From: a virus
Lineage: Duplodnaviria > Caudoviricetes
Reading direction: 5' to 3' (one strand)
IMG/VR virus record: IMGVR_UViG_3300038393_000414
Span: 1-29,841 of that record
Length of the DNA: 29,841 bases
Part shown: positions 25,242 to 29,841 of the stretch, in pieces
Layout of the letters: the number at the start of each line of letters is the position of its first letter
Numbering within the stretch: position 1 is the first letter of the stretch
Notes under the pieces: model-generated
Told to the model about the DNA's origin: nothing
Databases searched by the model: none
What the model saw: the letters and a program-made list of their open reading frames with translations, nothing else
Made by a program: the position numbers and the translations under genes

Positions 25242-25600
25242 TATGGCTACTATTCCTTCTGTTTACCAAGCATCTAATCTTCGACTTCCTTTATCAACCT
25301 CCGTACCAGTGGCAGAACAAAGGAACGTACGGACACCTTGGAGGCATCGTTCACTCAGGTCAGCACATCCTAGCGACCCTGATGATACTGATGTTTTTCT
25401 GCGGCCTGACGACTGGCCTGATAATCTCTCTTGGTGAGTTCTTAGTCCACTACCACATGGACTGGTTTAAGATGTGGTACAATAAAAAGAAAGGTTGGGG
25501 ACCTACAACTCACAACGAGTTCTGGGTTTTGACTGGAATTGACCAGTGGGTTCATGCCCTGACATATCTAGGAATTGCAAGTGCGTTGTTATATTTGTGA
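25238..25600 (+). CDS. DUF3307-family membrane protein
   Basis: KHLIFDFLYQ...KG...H...HYHMDWFK...FW..GIDQWVH. Confidence 0.8.
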   Translation: MIWLLFLLFTKHLIFDFLYQPPYQWQNKGTYGHLGGIVHSGQHILATLMILMFFCGLTTGLIISLGEFLVHYHMDWFKMWYNKKKGWGPTTHNEFWVLTGIDQWVHALTYLGIASALLYL

Positions 25601-25820
25601 CGTAGAGTTGACTGAGGGTGAGATTTCGCTTGACAAGGAAATGAAGAGCGACCCCTGCACCACGTGCCAGCAGATCATCTACGAGACAGCCTACAGTGGT
25701 AAATTCAAGAACGCGTCGTTTGACGTGAACGACCCAGATGATTACTCCGACGACTTCGAACCGGATGATGATCTGTTTGCAGACTTAATCGAACAGGAAA
25801 CTTTTCTCTTGACAACTTAG
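25575..25820 (+). CDS. Small zinc-finger protein with an acidic tail
   Basis: CYIC...CTTC; Asp/Glu-rich C-terminus. Confidence 0.7.
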   Translation: MQVRCYICDVELTEGEISLDKEMKSDPCTTCQQIIYETAYSGKFKNASFDVNDPDDYSDDFEPDDDLFADLIEQETFLLTT

Positions 25821-25837
25821 TAAAAATAGTGTATAAT
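25809..25837 (+). promoter_or_regulatory. Consensus sigma70 promoter for primase/polymerase
   Basis: TTGACA-N17-TATAAT. Confidence 0.85.
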
Positions 25838-25865
25838 CCTCGTATAAGTTACGAAGGAGAGTACA

Positions 25866-27491
25866 CTGATTTCTACCAAACAAAAAGACCCTGAAGGTCA
25901 ACCGTGTCCCAAGTGCCCGTCCAGCGACGGTTTCAAAGAGCAAGCCAACGGCTGGTCACATTGTTTTAGTTGTGGATTTAACGCACCACCTAAAGACGGA
26001 CGAATTGAACAAGGAGGCAAAGCAACTGCCACAGTTCACAAGATCAAACGACCCCTTATCCCGTTGGGGGAGCGCTTTGTCGAACTACCTGACCGCAAAA
26101 TCTCTAAGGCAACGTGTGAACGCTACAAAGTCTGGCGCGAGGACGGGAAGGATTACTTCGCTGCCTTTAACGAAGGCAAGCACGTCGGAACCAAGTGGCG
26201 GTCCCTAGAAAACAAACGTGACCAGCGGTGGACAGGTGAGCAACATGACCTTTTCGGTCAACACCTGTTCCCTGCTGGCTGTGCCAAATCTATCACCATC
26301 ACCGAAGGCGAGTACGACGCCATGTCCGCCTACGAAATGATGGGTAGTCGCTGGCCCGTAGTGTCCGTCTTGAACGGCACGGGTTCAGCTATGCAGGACA
26401 TTAAGAGGAACTATGAATATCTCAACAGTTTCGAGCACATTGTACTCTCGTTCGACGCCGATGAAGCCGGTAACGCTGTCGTCAAGCCCATTGCAGGACT
26501 TTTTCCAGCGGGTAAGGTACGCATCGTCCGACACCAGAAACACAAGGACGCGAACGATTACAAGGTAGCCGGAGACGGTGCCACATACACGAAGGAATGG
26601 TGGGATGCCCCGAAGTACACGCCTGACGGTCTTAAAATCGGAACGGACATTTGGGACGAAATCATCAACAGGCCCAGCCATTACCAAGTTGATTACCCTT
26701 TCAAGGGTCTTAACAGGCTCACCTACGGCCTTCGACTATCCGAAATGGTTGTCCTTACGGCTGAGACTGGCATTGGTAAAACTAGCGTTCTCAAGGAAAT
26801 TGAATACGCCCTCCTTCAAAATCCAGAGCTAAAAGAGAAAGGATACGGGGTTGGGTTCATCCACCTTGAAGAGCCGAACTATGATACTGCTTTGGGCCTT
26901 ATGTCAATTCATAATTCAAAGCCTTATCATCTGCCTGACACTGAACGTACGGTGGACGAGCTTAGAGACGCTTATAACGCTGTTATTAACAGTGAGCGCG
27001 TTGTCATCTGGGATCACTTTGGTTCCAACAGTGTCGAAGCTGTTCTCGACAAGATTCGGCACATGGCTGCTCTCGGTTGTAAATACATCGTACTTGACCA
27101 CCTTTCTATCGTTGTTAGCGATCAAAGTGGTGACGAACGTAAGCAGCTAGATGAAATCGCCACCAAGGCTAAGACTCTGTGCATGGAGCTTAATCTGGCC
27201 CTTATTTGTGTCATCCACCAAAACCGTCAAGGTCAAATCCGTGGCACGGCGGGTGTCGAGCAACTGGCGAACATCGTAATCAAGATGTATCGCAACAACA
27301 CGGACATGGACGAGTGGCGTCGTAACGTCACCAAGCTTGTCGTAGAGAAGAACCGCTTCTCGGGTCGTACAGGCCCTGCCTGTTGGCTGTGGTGGAACGA
27401 CATGACTAATCGGCTCGTAGAGCTGACACCTGAGGAGATACAGAGATATGAAGAAGGTGGAACAATCCGAGACTACGAACAACCGTTCTGA
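25866..27491 (+). CDS. T7 gp4-like DNA primase-helicase (non-canonical start)
   Basis: In-frame Cys4 ribbon CPKCPSSDG...HCFSC upstream of the ORF-track start; TOPRIM ITEGEYDA and FDAD; Walker A TGIGKTS; LDHL; KNRFSGRTG. Confidence 0.93.
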   Translation: MISTKQKDPEGQPCPKCPSSDGFKEQANGWSHCFSCGFNAPPKDGRIEQGGKATATVHKIKRPLIPLGERFVELPDRKISKATCERYKVWREDGKDYFAAFNEGKHVGTKWRSLENKRDQRWTGEQHDLFGQHLFPAGCAKSITITEGEYDAMSAYEMMGSRWPVVSVLNGTGSAMQDIKRNYEYLNSFEHIVLSFDADEAGNAVVKPIAGLFPAGKVRIVRHQKHKDANDYKVAGDGATYTKEWWDAPKYTPDGLKIGTDIWDEIINRPSHYQVDYPFKGLNRLTYGLRLSEMVVLTAETGIGKTSVLKEIEYALLQNPELKEKGYGVGFIHLEEPNYDTALGLMSIHNSKPYHLPDTERTVDELRDAYNAVINSERVVIWDHFGSNSVEAVLDKIRHMAALGCKYIVLDHLSIVVSDQSGDERKQLDEIATKAKTLCMELNLALICVIHQNRQGQIRGTAGVEQLANIVIKMYRNNTDMDEWRRNVTKLVVEKNRFSGRTGPACWLWWNDMTNRLVELTPEEIQRYEEGGTIRDYEQPF

Positions 27492-27576
27492 TTGTGACCA
27501 TTCCCATGGATATATTCAGAAGATGTTTTGTCGAATTTGCAAGAGGTGTCGTGTAGTTGTATCTTACGGCCACTAA
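27448..27576 (+). CDS. Possible overlapping 42-aa Zn-ribbon peptide
   Basis: GAGGAG RBS; MKKVEQSETTNNRSDCDHSHGYIQKMFCRICKRCRVVVSYGH. Confidence 0.4.
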   Translation: MKKVEQSETTNNRSDCDHSHGYIQKMFCRICKRCRVVVSYGH

Positions 27577-29413
27577 CAAACACTGGGCAATTGATATTGA
27601 GACGGATGACTTAGACGCAACCGTTATTTGGGTGGCGTGTGTCCGCAACGTAGTCACCAAGGAAGAACACACCTTACGCGGACAAGAGGCTATTAAGGAA
27701 TTTATTGATGAGCATCGGGACGCCGTATGGGTTACACATAATGGTATTGAGTTCGATATTCCTACTGTCAATCGTATTCTGGGGACGAATATCCCGGTTA
27801 CGAGGGTGGTCGATACGTTCGTCCTGTCGATGCTGTTCATGCCAACACTCGAAGGCGGCCACTCCCTAGATGCGTGGGCTAAGCGCATCGGAATGGTCAA
27901 GTTTAACTTCAACGATTGGAGTCATTACAGTGAAGAAATGGCGCGATATTGCCTACAGGACGTCAGAATTACAGCTGAAGTGTTCTTACGCCTTAGTCGG
28001 CGTATGCTTGATATTGGGTTTACTGAGGTTGGATGCTCCATTGAACACAGGGCGTGGGCTATTATTCGCCAGCAGCGAAGGAATGGCTTTGCTTTTGATG
28101 TTAAGCGGGCTGGGTTGCTCTTTGCTGAAATCCGAGAACAACAAGACAAACTAAAGGAAAAGATTTATGAACGATTCCCTCCCGTACTTACTTGCGTTAG
28201 GGAGTATCGAAACGCTTACAAAGCAGATGGAAACTTTACAGCAAACTATCTGCGACACCAAGCCCGATTTCCAAAACTTGAGCTTACGGGACAAGGAGGC
28301 TATCGAGCCTTTGATTACGTTGAGTTTAATCTTGGAAGTCCGTCTCAGCGAGTTGAGAAACTGCTTGCTCTCGGCTGGGAACCGCGAGAGTTCACACCAG
28401 TCACCGAAAAAGGTGGCGGAGGAAATCCGAAAGCGACTGACGGAGGAGAACTTGTCCCGAGCCTCGCGGAGTTCGTCGAGGAAAGCGGCGTCGAAGAAGT
28501 CCGACTAATTGCACAGTGGATGGCCTTGGAAGGTCGGGCCAACGCTGTAGGAAACTGGATAGACCTTTACAACGAAAAGACAGGATGCATTCATGGCAAT
28601 TTGTGGTTGGCCTCCTCCCTTCGATACAGGCACGATAAACCGAATACAGCAAACATTCCATCCGTACGGGTTGACGACAATAAAGAACCAATCAAAGGTC
28701 TTGCCGGTTACTACACGTACGAAGCCAGAGACTTGTGGACTCATCGAGGTAAAAGAGGTGCAAGGAAACTCGTAGGTGTCGATGGTAAAGCTATGCAAAT
28801 GCGGAACCTCGCACACTGGCTCAACGACGATGCCTTTACTGCTGCGGTACTCGCCAAAGACCCCCACGCCGTCAACAGAGATAACTGGGGCTTGTCGCCT
28901 GATGATGCAGGACGACGGCTCGCTAAAACTCTATATTACGCCATTGTCATGGGCGCTGGTGATGCTCGTGTCGCATCCGAAGCGAAAATTTCGTTGGCGG
29001 AAGCTAAAGCAGCTAAGAAACTGGTTTTCGACAAGGCACCGAATTTCCCCATCCTCCTACGGAACTTGAAGAACGAGTACGAACGCACAGGTCGCATCAC
29101 TTTGATTGACGGTTCCAAGGTGGCGATGAAGTCAGCTCACACGGCTATCCCATATCTGCTGCAAGGTGATGAGAGCCGTATCATGAAGCTTGCGGCTATT
29201 TACATTCAGCAAGGGATTGAGAAGAACAGCTTTGACGTCTTGAAGGTTGGAGACATTCACGATGAACACCAGTACGATTGTTACGTTCCTCACATTGATG
29301 ATTTTATACTTCTCTGTAAGGATTGTTTTAAACGTGCTGGCGAGTTTTTTAAGTACCGTGTACCGATGGATTGCGACGCGAAGATAGGAGAGACATGGGC
29401 TCAAACGCATTAG
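27557..29413 (+). CDS. Family A (T7-like) DNA polymerase with 3'-5' exonuclease
   Basis: Exo motifs DIET, HNGIEFD and YCLQDV; polymerase motifs VGVDGKAMQMR, RRLAKTLYY and IHDE. Confidence 0.95.
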   Translation: MYLTATNKHWAIDIETDDLDATVIWVACVRNVVTKEEHTLRGQEAIKEFIDEHRDAVWVTHNGIEFDIPTVNRILGTNIPVTRVVDTFVLSMLFMPTLEGGHSLDAWAKRIGMVKFNFNDWSHYSEEMARYCLQDVRITAEVFLRLSRRMLDIGFTEVGCSIEHRAWAIIRQQRRNGFAFDVKRAGLLFAEIREQQDKLKEKIYERFPPVLTCVREYRNAYKADGNFTANYLRHQARFPKLELTGQGGYRAFDYVEFNLGSPSQRVEKLLALGWEPREFTPVTEKGGGGNPKATDGGELVPSLAEFVEESGVEEVRLIAQWMALEGRANAVGNWIDLYNEKTGCIHGNLWLASSLRYRHDKPNTANIPSVRVDDNKEPIKGLAGYYTYEARDLWTHRGKRGARKLVGVDGKAMQMRNLAHWLNDDAFTAAVLAKDPHAVNRDNWGLSPDDAGRRLAKTLYYAIVMGAGDARVASEAKISLAEAKAAKKLVFDKAPNFPILLRNLKNEYERTGRITLIDGSKVAMKSAHTAIPYLLQGDESRIMKLAAIYIQQGIEKNSFDVLKVGDIHDEHQYDCYVPHIDDFILLCKDCFKRAGEFFKYRVPMDCDAKIGETWAQTH

Positions 29414-29425
29414 TTAAAATAATGC

Positions 29426-29454
29426 TTGACAAACACACTAAATTAGTGTATAAT
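29426..29454 (+). promoter_or_regulatory. Consensus sigma70 promoter
   Basis: TTGACA-N17-TATAAT. Confidence 0.85.
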
Positions 29455-29492
29455 GATTGAAGTTAGTTAGAGAAAGGTATTGTTAGAAAGTT

Positions 29493-29841
29493 ATGGCGAA
29501 TTATATTTATTTGACTGGTGAGATTTACTGGGCGAAGATTCTGGGTGAACCTGTCGCCAACTACAATCGTGACGGAAACGAGTGGACGTTTGACTTTGAG
29601 CCTGACGCGGAGTCGTTGAAGGTTCTTCTGGACAACGGCCTTGAAGAGAAGATTAAAGGGCGTGGTTACAACCACGGTCGCACAGGTCAGTACTCGGAAC
29701 GTTCTCCTTTTGTTCGCTTTGTTCAGAAGGAACTGCGGTCTAACGGTAAGAAGAACGATCCAATTGCCGTAGTGGACGCTCTCAATCGTCCGTGGGACCC
29801 TGAGACGAAGATCGGTAACGAGTCCGTCGTAGAGGTTAAGG
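29493..29841 (+). CDS. Single-stranded DNA-binding protein, T7 gp2.5-like (runs off the window)
   Basis: Hand translation MANYIYLTGEIYWAKILGEP...VVDALNRPWDPETKIGNESVVEVK; the WAK and IGNxS patterns and the position after the polymerase fit a phage SSB. Confidence 0.7.
   Translation, partial: MANYIYLTGEIYWAKILGEPVANYNRDGNEWTFDFEPDAESLKVLLDNGLEEKIKGRGYNHGRTGQYSERSPFVRFVQKELRSNGKKNDPIAVVDALNRPWDPETKIGNESVVEVK

Noticed and set aside
25972-26208. 78-aa alternative-frame ORF
   Set aside because: Overlaps the in-frame zinc-ribbon extension of the primase, which explains the region.
29414-29429. Possible CtrA box
   Set aside because: TTAA-N8-TTGA does not fit TTAA-N7-TTAA.

Overview
About 30 kb of a lytic-type podovirus genome with two divergent arms. 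The minus strand (1-10400) carries a P22-like morphogenesis module: gp10-like tail hub (partial), gp4-like adaptor, coat, scaffold, portal, TerL, TerS and an HNH-like gene. A secreted Calx-beta/DUF1996 protein is wedged between terS and terL. The plus strand (11260-end) carries small early genes separated by long structured non-coding segments, then a phiEco32/PaP3-type amidoligase cluster (GGCT, class I and class II glutamine amidotransferases, two COOH-NH2 ligases, ATP-grasp), a nucleotidyltransferase, and a T7-like primase-helicase, family A DNA polymerase and SSB. The host is inferred to be an alphaproteobacterium, probably Sphingomonadales, from the GAAC-N7-GAAC boxes and TCPDGSV linker repeats. 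The most unusual element is a ~340 bp non-coding block near the presumed genome end (10778-11111). It is packed with sites resembling operators for several host regulators (Fur, alphaproteobacterial LexA, BlaI/CopY family, IHF), suggesting an operator-decoy array. Also notable: several multi-branched candidate ncRNAs, a processed-Flp-pilin-like peptide, a CTG/ATT-initiated primase and a polymerase with a remodelled dNTP pocket. All calls come from reading motifs by eye; no database searches were run.
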